DNA of 52,187 bases from Calcarisporiella thermophila CBS 279.70 (Eukaryota > Fungi > Calcarisporiellomycota), in contig NW_027192201.1 in assembly GCF_041956535.1 (NCBI RefSeq), positions 44,475 to 96,661 of the forward strand. Direction: 5' to 3'. The notes below the pieces were generated by a model. It was not told where the DNA came from. It did no database searches and saw only the letters and a program-made list of their open reading frames with translations. Below are positions 1 to 12,972 of the stretch, piece by piece. The translations under genes and the position numbers were made by a program. Each line of letters starts with the position of its first letter. Position 1 is the first letter of the stretch.

Positions 1-378
1 GTGGAAACGGGGGTGAGGGTGTTGTTGCGGTATATCAGTACACTCTGTGACCTTTGCAACTAAGCTCGGGGGTAAGTTGAGGTAACGGAGCTCCCATCCA
101 AGAGAACGGCTGCAGTATCGGCGGTGGCACGCGTTCCTTAGCTTTTCAGTAGGGAGCGCAGAGTATCTACGCTCCAATTCCGATTGCCTTCCAATATTCC
201 TGTCAAATAAAGCTTGATTATGGAGCGATCTGCACTCGATTTGTCCTCCCCAGCGTACGAAAGTTAGTATCTCATTGAGGAGGTATGGCGGTGTTGGGGC
301 AAGTTCCTATCAAGTTTGAGATTTTCGGTGCTATTTCTCCACATTTCCTAAATTCCACATAACAACAAAACGCAAATA

Positions 379-450
379 TCTTCGGTAGTATAGTGGTTAG
401 TATTCCCGCCTGTCACGCGGGCGACCCGGGTTCAATTCCCGGCCGGAGAG
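379..450 (+). tRNA. tRNA-Asp (GTC)
   Basis: 72-nt cloverleaf: acceptor TCTTCGG/CCGGAGA, A box TAGTATAGTGG, anticodon loop CTGTCAC, T loop GGTTCAATTCC; T-rich tract downstream. Confidence 0.97.
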
Positions 451-704
451 TATTATTTTACTTTTATTAACTGAAGCCTATATTTTGAAGTCTAGCTCTT
501 TATATTTAAATCGGTTTGTTTTATTAACTTTAATTATATACTTAAATCGACAAACATCTCTTAATTCCTAAATAAACTAGAAATTATTACATAACAATAG
601 GATAGCGGCGATAGTATAATCAAGGAACTAGTAGGGGTGAGGAGTTCAATATCTTGTCAATGAAGGCTCCGAAGCAAATTCAAAACTAATTTCCCTACGC
701 TTGA

Positions 705-2217
705 TTAAGCGGAGCCCCGTGTAGGCTTTGCCTTTGAAGGAGCCTTTTTCTTTTGATTTTTGCGTTGGGCATTAAAAGGGTCAGTCGAGAAGTTGAGGTG
801 CACATTCTTTTGCTTGTAAGGGATACGGGCCACAAAATCGCCAATTCTAGCCGTCACCACCGAGTCGAGATCAACCTCAATACCCTCTGGGTGATTATTG
901 AGGATATCAATTAATACTTCGTCAGGGGCGGTAAGTTTTGTCTCGAGAATCTGGGATTTTTGCTCTTGATGCGATGGGATAGTCATATTGGTGTCCTTAT
1001 ATTAAAATAAAATTTAGAATCGAGAATTGATAATGATATGATTGTGTCTAACCATACCTGGTCAACCTCTCCTAGCGGACCATTCTGGTAGGTGATATTG
1101 GCTTTCATGTGTGTGATGGTAAATGCGGTATCAATTGGATTGTACAGAACCACCGTCGAGTTAGTCCTAGATATTTTATAAGTAGTTAATTGCTTTGTTT
1201 TCGGGATAAGCGGCGCATCTTCGTAACTACTTACTTCTTATCAATAATAGCATCTATACTGGCGACTGCAGTTGCATTACGGATCAGCTTTTCTGTAACC
1301 CCTGGTACTGCGGCGGGGATCCTAAGGGTATCGAGTCCATCCTTGAGCGACTCGATAGGGGTTGAGTCCTTTGAACCGACTACCAGCATATCAGATGTTA
1401 TACCTTCAAGGAAATTCTCGAGGGCCTTCTCGCCAGCTGCAGCACTATCTCCCTTGGGATTAAGTACAAATCGCCCAGTGAGTTTATTTTCGCCGCGTTT
1501 AAGTTCCAGTGCTTTAAGGGAAAGCCCGCCGATATTTTTCTCTTGGAAGTGCACACCAAAACTAACATCACCGAGGTTCAGAGCGATATCAGACGGGTTT
1601 TGAAGAGTAGATGCCATGTCAATTTGGATGCCATCAGCAGTTCCACCTACAACTTTGACACTGTCAACCTTAAGTGGCACGGAAGTTAACCCGCTCATTC
1701 CTTTGAGCGGTAATTGGCTCGGGGGAACTTGCAAATTATTAAAAAGTCGCTCCCCTGACGACGTCTTGGCGACCACATTCGCACTACCGTGTAGGACAGA
1801 CGTAACCAATGCGTCAGTTGTAAATTTCTTGAGAATATTTCGAATTTGAGCATGTTTATCAGCGGCTCCGACCAGCGGAACATTCTTAAATTTGATAGCG
1901 ACCACCCCCTTGGCAGGATTTTCTGGGTTCTCTTGAGAGAGCTGGATGGTTGCAAGATCATCATTCTCATATTTAAGAGTGGTACCGGATTGGAATTTCA
2001 AGACAGAAACATCACCCAACTCTGCCGATGCGGTGTATTTCACAGTGACAGAGTCGGAAGAAGCTAGAGGACTATAAGCATCTCCCTTTGTGAAGTCGAG
2101 ATCAATGTATTTTATCTCCACTTTATCAATCTGAACCTCATCGGCTCGCTTTGGAGCGGCCTGGCAGAAAGTCAAGAGGCCAATCGCAGCAACTATAGGG
2201 GAAAACGCGAACTTCAT
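705..2217 (-). CDS. Secreted beta-rich protein, DUF3712/LEA_2-like repeats (3 exons)
   Basis: ATG at 2217 gives signal peptide MKFAFSPIVAAIGLLTFCQA; LQNPSDIALNLGDVSF and LYNPIDTAFTI motifs resemble DUF3712/LEA_2; GT-AG introns near 1170-1235 and 998-1058 join ORF 1231-2349 to ORF 705-986. Confidence 0.7.
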
Positions 2218-4563
2218 ACTAGGATAAACCGTTTGTTTGAAAGAAGTAAAAGGAGTAAGGGTGTGAACAAAAAAAAATGAAAACTTGAAATATAGGTGTA
2301 AGAAAGAGGTGGAATCACGTCCGCTATTTATAATAATTTGAAGACCCAACGCTCACTTTTCGTACACTTTCCAACTAACATCACAAAAAGGTATAAATTC
2401 GGAAATGTTTTTTATTTGAGGCGTATGGCATGTTTTTTTCAAGGATTCACCTTGTATTTGTGAATGATTGTCGAATAAATCTATACTGTGTTACGAAACA
2501 CGATATACCCATATGATTGAGTATGTCAAGAAAATAAATGAAATGAGATTATAAGTTTAGATATGCGTTCATTTTAGTTGCCATTTTAAACACTCTTACA
2601 AATCCGAAGTTTGAGCTAACAGGAGTATTAATAGTGAAGACTGAAATTCTTCAATAAGAAACTAAATTTCACATGTCTGAAGGTTGCACTATTAGACAAA
2701 GTGTAAAAAAAATTTACAGTTGGCTGATCCCATTTCAGAGGCTGCATTTGCGGTTGCGAAAATATGTGATCTCTTCACTTATCATGCCGAATAATAGGCT
2801 GCCACATTATTCCTTTCTATATAGTCCACCAAGATTCAAAACCATCTCTTAGAGAGCCTCCACATATACGTGCTTTTAAATGAGTTCTGATGCGATAATT
2901 GGTACTAGGCCTACATAATTTTGTATTATACATTCCCCATTCGTACTCTTTCTAGCTAGAAAGTTTTGTGATTTTTTTCTTCCTACTTCCTATGGTTAAT
3001 ATGTGATAGAATAAAACTCTATGTATATACTCTCATCTAGGACTAAAATTTGCATCCTCTGCTCATTGATGTCTAAGAAGAACTTAGGCACAAAAGGAAA
3101 TTTCATTCATTGCCATTCCTCGAAGAAGTTTTTAACACTGGATATTGCGCAGGATATAGTATTATTAAGAGAATATACCTTTCACGTGTAACAAACCGTG
3201 TTCATAATTATATTGGTAATGTACTATGCCAGTTTTGATAATGTTCGAATGAGATCAATCCAGGTAGTGTAGTTATGGCTGAATTTCCATCACGTTGATT
3301 TAATTGTTTTCGATATAATATAACCTGCAATGACGGCTAGCTCAGAAGATTGTTTGCGAAGCATACAGTAGAGGATAGAGGGTCCAGAAAGTGTCCTCAC
3401 TTAATAATCTCTATGTAATTGCGTAAGGAGTAGTAATAAAGGCTCCCACGCTTAATTGGATGAAAGAACACAATCACAGTACATTTTCATTCAAAAAATG
3501 GATGAAGTCGAAAGGCCAATTACGTTTGAGGAAGACAAAAGGAGTAATGATCAACACTTACAGTTTAAAGAATATAAACTTTAGACAGAATTTACGTGGG
3601 ATAGCAATACATATCCGCGATCTACACCTCTGTGACTCATTCCCTTTTTCATGTTTACAGTTCATTAACCTTCATTATACTTCATTATTTGCGCAAATAG
3701 ATGCAACGTAACAGAAATCAGCCGAAAATACGCCCTAACTAGCGCATTATTATATAATATATGGTTCAATTATATAATATTATGCTCAGAAAATATTTCG
3801 CAGAATAGATGTCCTTAGGCAAAACGACCACATAGCTATTTGGAGCTCCATAGTTTGTAAACGCCTACAAATCCCCTCTGGGATTCTAGATGATCTCACT
3901 CAACTATTCAGAGACTTATTGCGTCTGATAAGAGAAATTAACACTGTTAAGCATTGAGAAATTTTATCTAATATATTCATTAAAAGGAGAGATTAGAAAG
4001 TTCGAATAAGGCTGAATATATTTATTCTTCTGATGAAGATAGAACACGTATGCGCTATTTTTTCACTAAAGTAATTTCTGTTATTGCCGGCGAAAACATA
4101 CCGTCACCAATGCATATCCATAAATGACACAAAATTATAACAAGATTTCAGCATGGTCCGATAAGATGATATGCTCCTATAGATTTTTGCAAAAAAAAAA
4201 ATTCCCATTCACAATGGTCTTGAGTTTCGTCTTGATTGTTTCATATAGGCTTCTCAGTTCCATTAGACTAATCTATAACGCTTCATTCTAGGAAACCATT
4301 GCTTCTCTTTAATCAATGTTCGATCTTAACTTCAGGCTTTTTGGTTTCATTTCGTTTCAAGCAAATAAGTATTAGCAAAAAAAAAAGAATAGATGGGAAA
4401 ATTCCCTCTTCTTACTGATATGCAGTGTTTATCCCTTGGGCAACAGAATAACAAAATGCTGTGTAAATGGTATCGCGGTTTACCCAACATGTTGATTACT
4501 TGAGAAAAGGGGGGAGGGGGGAGAATCTCCATTCAACAGAATTGCTGAATTAACCAAAATTTA

Positions 4564-4961
4564 TTAGACAATTAAATTAGAAGTGGTAGTCGAAGTAGTA
4601 GGTTTCGGTTTGCTGATTTGCTGTCTTAAGCTTCCGCCTCCTTCACCAGTTTCTGTCGAATTCACTACATTATTCTATTAAATACCCATAGTTAGATCTG
4701 ATATTTTATGCGTGTGAAGTTTGTTTTCCATACCGTTCCGATCTGCTGGTGTCCCGCTACTGTAATATTTCCTTTCACACTTATGGCACGCTTTTCCAGA
4801 ATTTCCTGAGCCAGCTTGTTAAGTATCCTCTTGCTATGGTTTACAATACTGTTAACCCCGGGCCCAATTAGTGACCTGTTTAGTGGAGCACGTCGTGGCA
4901 ATGCATAACTAACTGCAGAAATGAGCAATATGACTATTGCTAAATGTAAAAAACATCGCAT
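4564..4961 (-). CDS. Small secreted protein (about 113 aa, 2 exons), unknown function
   Basis: Signal peptide MRCFLHLAIVILLISAVSYA; phase-0 intron GTATGG...TAATAG after QQIGT; exon 2 NNVVNSTETGEGGGS...NLIV*; dibasic KR/RR sites. Confidence 0.6.
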
Positions 4962-5642
4962 ATTGCAAGCTATTATTGCAGAATGGGAGTTTCATTTTTA
5001 AGATTGGCGACGATACTTATATTTTGTTAAGCACCCCGGAGGCTCACAACATGACCCTGCTCTAACGACCAGACAACAGCTCAGAGAGTAATTTTATTTC
5101 TGCCCGTCCGCGATGCGCCGAAATGTTTTGGTTTTAGAAACATGTAGTATAACCCTTGCAATTTTAGAATGAATAAGCAATTATAGGAATATAATAAAGA
5201 GCAAACTATATTGAATAGGATTACGATTCATTTTGATTGGATAATTTTGTAATTGTTCCAAAGTGGGGGTAAATATATGAATTAGCACATCGACAAAATG
5301 CCTTAAGTACCCCTGTATTCTATTAATTGGTCTACTACAACTGCATCCAAAGAATGGTTTTATCTTGAGATGCAAATATTATTAGCTGTGCCGAGTCTAG
5401 TTTGTTAGGTAATGTTATCTGGAACTTCGATCTTGTTGCATTATAATGTTTTATAAAATTTGCAAAATACGACTCTAGGCAGTATTAAAACGCAAAAAAT
5501 ATATATAAGAAGATTTATATATAGAAAGAAAGGATAGTCTCAACAGTCAGATATTAACACGAAATAAAAAGAAAAAGAACAAGCGAGCAAAAGTAACATC
5601 CGCAAAAATACGATAGAGAGAAGGAAACAATATAAGATTAGG

Positions 5643-6389
5643 TCATCGCATATGTCTAATTGCGGCTACTTTCTTATCTTTTCCTGGCATGGGAGCAAAC
5701 ATGCCCATAGATGAAAGAGTAGCTGAAGCTATAATTGGGGTGTTGACATTCGTCTTCGTAGTAGCATCATATTTTTTCTTGGCTGGCTTCGATTTTTTCT
5801 CAGGTAATAGAGTAGATCTTTGATGAGAAGGGGCCAAGTTCTCTGTACGCTGAATTATAATCTCAGAGCGGGATGATTTGGACATCCTCGATCGAGGCCT
5901 GGGTGCAAGAGGAGCACGATTGACGAGATTTCCCTGGCTATTCATAAGCTGAGGCTGTTGTTGAATTTGATCTCTTTCTTGCGTCTCATTCTGCTCTTGA
6001 GTTTCAACAGTAATTGAGGTGGTGGCGGAGGAGGAGGTAGTCAAGGATGATAATGGGGATGCTGAAGATGATTCAGCTGAATTGTCCGAAAAGACAACAA
6101 GCTCCGAATTCACCATCAGCTCAGCTTCCCTTCCTTTCGGTAGCAACACCTCTTTAAGCGGTACTCTCGTCCCAGAGCTAGATTTGTGTTTTGCATTACT
6201 AGCAAACTGCTTTACATTAGTTGATTTTATATCAGAGAGATCCTTTATGTTGAGAATGCGTGCAAATGCAAGTGTCAGAGGATCGACATTCTCTTTGTCC
6301 CAAATGTGACGGTGATGTTCGATGGAATCGTAGGAATCGTACGCAATTTTGGCACTGTGTTCAAAACTGCGGGATCTTGCGGCAGCCAT
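5643..6389 (-). CDS. Disordered protein with KEN box, D-box-like motifs and C-terminal MR tail
   Basis: 248-aa ORF; DKENVDP, RVPLKEV, RAPLAP, C-terminus AIRHMR*. Confidence 0.75.
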   Translation of the reverse strand: MAAARSRSFEHSAKIAYDSYDSIEHHRHIWDKENVDPLTLAFARILNIKDLSDIKSTNVKQFASNAKHKSSSGTRVPLKEVLLPKGREAELMVNSELVVFSDNSAESSSASPLSSLTTSSSATTSITVETQEQNETQERDQIQQQPQLMNSQGNLVNRAPLAPRPRSRMSKSSRSEIIIQRTENLAPSHQRSTLLPEKKSKPAKKKYDATTKTNVNTPIIASATLSSMGMFAPMPGKDKKVAAIRHMR

Positions 6390-6888
6390 GTTAAACTGGA
6401 ATGATATTTATAGAGCATGCCAATCAGCATTTCCCGATAAAGATAGATAAAAAGTATATGTAAAGGTTAAACTCACCGATTGGATGTCAGTTGTAGAAGC
6501 TATAGAAATAAATTATTAAAGCGAAAGGAACTTAGTAATTCAATAGTAGAACGATGGGATGGAGAATGTGGAGTAAAAAAAATGAAAGAAAGATCAAACC
6601 ATTATCAGTAAAAGAGAGAGAAATAAATGGATTAGAGATTGGAAGGGAGATGCAATCACGGAAAAAGACAGAGTTAGGTCTTTTTACGTTTCAACTTTCG
6701 CGTTTTACGCGTTGTTCTACCTGCACATTTGAACCATTTCCGAATATTCGTTTTCTAAGCCATATATTTCCGATTTGAATATTTTGTTCTAGCTAAATAA
6801 TTAGCATATAAAATTGGGATCCAAAATTCATAGACCGCTAGGCATCTTTAGGCAAACATCCCATCAATTAATCCATAGCTTATACAAA

Positions 6889-8357
6889 ATGGATAATATC
6901 CCATCTCCGGCTCCCGCTGGCGTGGAGGCGGCACCAGAGCAAAGCATAACGCCCCAGAATTTCACTACACTATTACCACCGGAGATTCTCTCCCGGATGT
7001 CACCTGAAGAAATTGCAAGGTAAGTCCGCATTAAGCAGCAAAGCTCACCAACTTACGAATGTCAATTGAAAATAGATTTGAGCGGGAGCAAAAGTTTCTC
7101 AAGGAGCATGCAGGTAAAATCTATTTTATGTTTTTTTGTTGTTGTCGTCCTGCCTTGCTGAATAACAACTAATGTATCTATATAGGACATGAAACAGCTC
7201 ATAGTCTTATGATCCTCATTTTGCTATTCACATTAATTGCTTTCCAATTTATTATTATTTTTTGGAAGCGAAAACATCCGTCATCCTATCAGATTATAAG
7301 CCTAGGAGGATTGTGGTTAGTATATTGTGCATCTCGTTGAATTATGATGGATCTAAACTCTTTGCTTCATAGGATAATTCCGCTCGTGATCGGCTTCATA
7401 GCAAAATGGTGGCGATTTTTGGTTATCTGGTCTGTTTTTTCAGTAGCAAATAGTTGGGGTAAGCAATCGGTTTTTACTCTCTTTGATTCATGAATGTTTT
7501 ATTCTACTTTTTATGTAGTCCTACGCAGAGCTATGCAAATCCCCCAGCATCATACCACACCAAGGTACTTTTGCCTTAGGCCACCTTTTTTTCCCACTTT
7601 AACTGTATCTTCATATTTGATTAGAATCGTTTATAAATTCTATTTTTGGGTTTATTCCATCTCATTCGCCGTGGGTGCCTGTGGATATCTCATCGTGATG
7701 CTTACCCTCTTCAATGTTACGCCCTTGTTTGTTTCGGGAGATTCTGCGATAGATATTGGCATAGTGCTGCTTTGCAATGGGCTCTATTTTGGGTAAGCCA
7801 ACGCTTAAATATTGCAAGAAGAGGGAACTTCTAACACCTCTACTCGTAGTGTACTTGGACGGGATATCGTGGAGATTATTTCGGTTCGAATGGCTTCGAA
7901 TCTGGGCTATTACTCAAAAGAAGGTAGGTTGAATGCTTCTTTATAGATTATGATTTGAGTTTTCATTCGCTAAAACCTACGTTTAGGATTTCCACGCAAG
8001 CATTTACGAGGAAATACCTGCGCCATATGCGGCGCACCTGCCGGACCAGCTGGTTCAACCCCAATTACACAGGAGGAGCCTGCCTTGCAGGAGCTGCAGC
8101 ATGAGCCAGTTCACCAACTCAATTGTAAACACATGTTCCACGAACTCTGTATACGCGGCTGGTGCATCATTGGCAAAAAGGACATGTGTCCATATTGCAA
8201 AGAGAAAGTGGATCTCCGTGAATTCCGAACAAATCCTTGGGACACGCAGCAGCAACTCTACCTCTCCTTGTTGGACGGGATCCGATATTTGGTTGTATGG
8301 AATCCCATCATCTTTGTGGTGCTGCAAGCAGCATTCTATGTCATGGGGCTGAAATAG
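6889..8357 (+). CDS. Transmembrane RING-H2 E3 ligase, RNF121/RNF175-like (about 8 exons)
   Basis: Spliced product has EHAGHE followed by TM helices, LYFGVLGRD, CAICG...LNCKHMFHELCIRGWCIIGKKDMCPYCKEKVDL...NPW, the RNF121 signature; seven GT-AG introns. Confidence 0.92.
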
Positions 8358-8659
8358 TGGATATCCACTTATAATTTGTACTTTGAACGAACCACCTCAT
8401 CTTTATACACATTACCACCCATAGACTGATATTAAATCCTTTATTTTATTTCCCTACTTTACGATTAAAGCATGCCTCTTCCTCTCACACAAATCCGCCA
8501 CAAAATTAGGCCAAATAAAGAATGTAATTTTTGAAACTTGCCATTATAGAACACACCGAGATAATAAAGCAATATGGATATGCAAGTACTCGTAGATAGA
8601 GTCCCATGAGGGTATATTAGAATAGATAAGCAATTGGAACGCTCTTCATAAGATTTTGT

Positions 8660-9436
8660 TTAGAGATAATACGGGGCAATCGCAAGAGCCAAGCATACAA
8701 TTGTTCCCGACATGACTGGCTGAGAGTTCTTAGCACTTCCGATAAGGGTAGGCACATGAATACCAGCGGGTCTGGGACTAGTTATAGTTGCGACGGATCC
8801 ATTCGGAGCCACTATGGTAACAAGGACCACATCCTGGGAGGGCAACGAAGTTGGAGATGTGGCTTGTTGTGGAGGGATATATACCTGAGTTGCCGTGGTG
8901 AAAGCCGTCGAAGTCGCGGCATCCAGTCGCGAAGTGGCTGAGATCTCGCTAGTACTTCCACTTGGAGATGTCATGGGGGACGAGGACGTGAGCGTGCGGC
9001 TGCTCGAGGAGGATGCGTCCGATACCGAGGAAGGCGGAGAGCTGGACGGCCCTGAACTTGTGGGTGGCGATGTCTCGCTGTTTGCAGATGTGGTTTTGGG
9101 TGAATTATCTACCGATGAAGAAGCCGTGGTGGGAATGGTCCCAGTGGGAGCCGAAGAAGTTTGTAAACTACTCTCAGCACTCTCGGCTCTTTCATCTTCA
9201 GTAGGGTCGCTAGTAAGAGTTGTGGGATCGCCTTCCACATTACTGTCGTTACCTTCACTGGAGGGCGCTTGGCGACGCCAGAAAAAGAAATGAGGAAGGC
9301 CTCGATTCACTCCATTTTTCTCTATCCATTGCTTCAGCTCTTGCTGGGTTAGAATACTCGACGAAGCCTCGGCAAAAATAAGTAAACATAAGGCGAATAC
9401 AAGCAGGCCTATCGTTTTAGGCGTCATTGCCAACAT
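8660..9436 (-). CDS. Ser/Thr-rich secreted, probably GPI-anchored cell-wall protein
   Basis: Hydrophobic N-terminus, long S/T/P-rich body, hydrophobic C-terminal tail after GSAKNS. Confidence 0.8.
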   Translation of the reverse strand: MLAMTPKTIGLLVFALCLLIFAEASSSILTQQELKQWIEKNGVNRGLPHFFFWRRQAPSSEGNDSNVEGDPTTLTSDPTEDERAESAESSLQTSSAPTGTIPTTASSSVDNSPKTTSANSETSPPTSSGPSSSPPSSVSDASSSSSRTLTSSSPMTSPSGSTSEISATSRLDAATSTAFTTATQVYIPPQQATSPTSLPSQDVVLVTIVAPNGSVATITSPRPAGIHVPTLIGSAKNSQPVMSGTIVCLALAIAPYYL

Positions 9437-9681
9437 CGATGTTCGAGTAATTAGTCTCACTCGAGAGCCGAAGAGAAAGGAAGAAAAAAGAGACCAAAAG
9501 CACAGATTAGGTAGTATTTAATAAATATACATACATATTGGAGGCGAGGCAGGAAGTGTGCGGAAAAAAAAAGCTACGAAACAAGAGTAAAAAAGGAGGC
9601 ATAGCGTTAATGCAAATTGCCACTGAACCCTAAAATCGGTATTCTACGTTCTCACTCTTTGTCCCACTCCCATAATTCATT

Positions 9682-12600
9682 ATGTTTGGATGGTCCTCCC
9701 GAGCAGCCACTTCGTCTAAAGGCTCTAAAGCGCGTCAGGAGAGATTCGAATATACATCCGATAGCTTCGGGATTGGCTTGGATGTCGGAGAAGAATATAC
9801 CGATGCCGATTTGAATGATCCTGATCTACTTGTAATTAATTATCTCTTTACCTTTTTTTCTGGATGATCTACTGGATACCTCTAGAATTATCCAGCTGAA
9901 TGCGTATCGCTTTATCATAGTTTAGTGAATTTATCTAACACAATATTGTTACATATAATAGAGACAACTGCAAGCTCTTACAGTCTCCGAAGATTCAAAG
10001 GCTAAGCCAGCACCAAAGCCCGCGCCAAGACACAACACGATTGCCAACAGACAACCCGACATTGATTGGAGCACAGTTAATGCTCTTTTAGATGGCGGCA
10101 TAGAGAAAGATATTGGAGATGTAGTCCTTACGGAAGCAGATGAGAATGATCCTGATCTCTTAGAACAGCTGAAGCTATTACAAGAAAATATGAAATTAGG
10201 GGAGGAGGAGATTCTGAATGTGGAAGCAAATGAGGAGAAGAATCTAAAGATGGAGAAGCCATCGGAGAAATTGATAGAGGAAAAGGTGCATGCTGAGGAA
10301 AAAGAGATAGTAAAGAAACCCGACATTCCTAAAGACTTGATCTCGTTTTCCTCAGTGGCCGAGAAAACACCGCCTCCAGTGACGAAACCACCCGAAACGC
10401 TGACTGACATTGAAGACGTGCTTCAATGTACTGACCCCGATGTTCTTGCGCACCATATTCAAATGGAGCGAACAAATGCTGTGTTGAAGAAGCGAGGCGG
10501 GGATAGAGAGGGTGCTTTAACAGCAATGCGCAACTATAAACGTATGCAAGCGCAGCTAGAAAAGTTATTGGACAATAGCGATCATGTGGAGACGAATCAT
10601 TCTAAGGCTTCAAGTGAAGAGAAGGCGAACAAAGAGAGCTCGAGTGGTCCTACCGTCGACGTACCTCAAAATCTCACCACACAGACGCTAGTAGACACGC
10701 AAATATCATCATCCACAACCTCAGATCTACTTTCCTCTCTAGTATCAACCCAAGATGCTACATCTGAACCTATGATGGCGGCATTTTCTCCTCCTCCGAA
10801 ACCAGAACAGCAACATGTACTATCATCAATGACATCTCTGGACAATTTACCAGAAAAAGCCGCTTCAGCTTCTGGTACGAGTCAGACCTTTGAAGTCACA
10901 TCGAGTGCAAAATTTGACTCTGCTGGTTTAGATGAGCTGACGACACTGCAAACTCGTCAAAACCAGTACAAGAAGGCCGCTGTACATTTTAAACGATTGG
11001 GAAACATTGTACGTGCCAAACAAATGCTTTCTATATCCAAATCTATCACAGTGGCCATCAGTCAACTGGAATCAATAGGAACTCTACCCCATGACTTTGT
11101 TGTTCCAGACGAGCCACAACTTGACTCCCTATCGGACCCATCGGATATTACACCTCCAAATGATTTACCGGCCTCCCCCTCCTCAATGTCGCCTTCACAA
11201 TTGCCTCCCACGCTCGCGACCGATCCAACTGAATCAGAGAGCAAAAGGCTTAAGACGGAGCCGCAAGGACCAACCGAAACCTCTGGTCTTGGCAACGGCA
11301 AAACTGAGGAGGGGATTGAAGGAATTAGGAATGATAATGTTTTAGTATTCGAACCATCCACACTCTCACGAGAAGAGCAATATGCTAAACTCATTCTCCA
11401 GCTCGAGGAGCAAGTTAAATCGTGCCTCTCAGTTGCAGGCCATTACCTCAGATGTGGCCAGCGCCAGCAAGCAGTTAGCTTCAATCGCCTCAAGAAAGTA
11501 TTCGAAGCTGATTTGCAGTCACTTATTTCCCACCGCGACCACGGGCGGCCAGTCCCTGCATTCCACTACCACTCCATCTGCTATGAGGTGCAAAACACTT
11601 TCCCAGATATTGACATGGGCCAGGTGGAGGTGGAGGTGATACGTGGAGTGGAGCTGGGATCACGCGAGGTGCCTGGTAGAGAAACGGAAGCGTATGTTGT
11701 ATTCGATTTTGGTTGGCCGCCCGAAGGCAATCCTGGTTATGGGCAGGGAAAAGAAACGTCTTCCGTTGCGAAGCGAGGACCCAATCCAGGTACGTTATAT
11801 ATCCTGCGGTAGCACTGTACAGCATATTGTATTGACAAATTGGAGATTTAACATGATAGAATTCTCTGTGAAGAAGCGTATACCGATCGATCGAAACAAG
11901 GCATTTCAGCGGCATCTTGAGCGGAAGAAAGCTACCTTTGAGGTATTCCATTACCGCGGATTTTTCCGAAAAGCCGTTTCACTCGGGCGTGCCCAGTGCA
12001 CTCTGAGTCCACTGCTGCGGCAATGCGAGATCCATGAAGTGGTGGAGGTATCTATGGCACCCGTTTTTATTTTCAAATTCTTCAGCTCTCCATCGCATCT
12101 GATGCTAACTTTATATTTGGTGAATTTAGCTCTTAGACAATAATAAACGACCTACAGGTGGTCGACTCGAGATCCGCATATGCCTGCGGACACCACTACT
12201 AGGAACAGAGATTTTGCGAAAGACCGATAAATGGCTTGTGATTGACGAGTTCAACCCTGCCAATCCGATACCACCTGAGATTTCACTTATCCCTCCAGCT
12301 TCTTCACAATCTCCCGGCATGGCTACCGGCGCTACCACCTCTAGGGAAAATCCCACTTCTAAACCTTCTACCCCTGTCTCTACCCCATCGAAAAATTCGG
12401 CCCGTACCGGCTCAGCATCTCAATTACTGACTTCGCCTTCCGGCTTCAATAGTTCACCCATTCCCTCAGCTCCCTCCACCCCTCTCCCTGCACGCCGACT
12501 CGCCGAAACCGCGACTCCTACCAAATCCTCCCCCGCCAAATCAGCCCCTAGCCAAGAATTGGAATCGGCCCTTGCCGAGTTCTATAATCCCGACACCATC

Positions 12601-12972
12601 GCCTCCAACAATGTGCTCGAGCATGAGATTGGGCTCATCTCCTCCAAACTTGCTGCAATGGACTCAGGAAGTGCCGAGTATGAGGACCAACTTGACCGTA
12701 AGCAGGCCCTGGAAGTCAAGATGAATCTATTGGTCTTGCAGGTGCAGATGGGTCAGCTGACGATGGAGGCCTATCTCGATCAAGTGCGGGTCGCAGCGGG
12801 AAAGGCAAGAAGATTGGCACTCTTGCTTAAAAAGCACAATAAGATAGAGGAGGCGAAGCAGTCGCTGCGGAGAGCGAAGATCATGGAAGAGGAGGTAGAG
12901 GAGGCCGAAAAAGCCATCGCAGGTGGCGTTGTGGGCGGTGAGAATTTGGATGAGCTTACGGCCGCAGATTAA
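9682..12972 (+). CDS. Coiled-coil DM14-repeat + C2 domain protein, CC2D1A/B (Lgd/Freud-1)-like
   Basis: DENDPDLL N-terminal motif, DM14-like LQTRQNQYKKAAVHFKRLGNIVRAKQML, C2 domain (VEVEVIRG...KATFEVFHYRGFF...LG, RPTGGRLEIRICLRTPL), C-terminal SNNVLEHE helix; introns near 9832-9961, 11790-11860 and 12048-12130. Confidence 0.85.

Noticed and set aside
6889-8357. U12-type introns in the RNF121-like gene
   Set aside because: All donors read as ordinary U2-type GT sites; no RTATCCTT donor seen.
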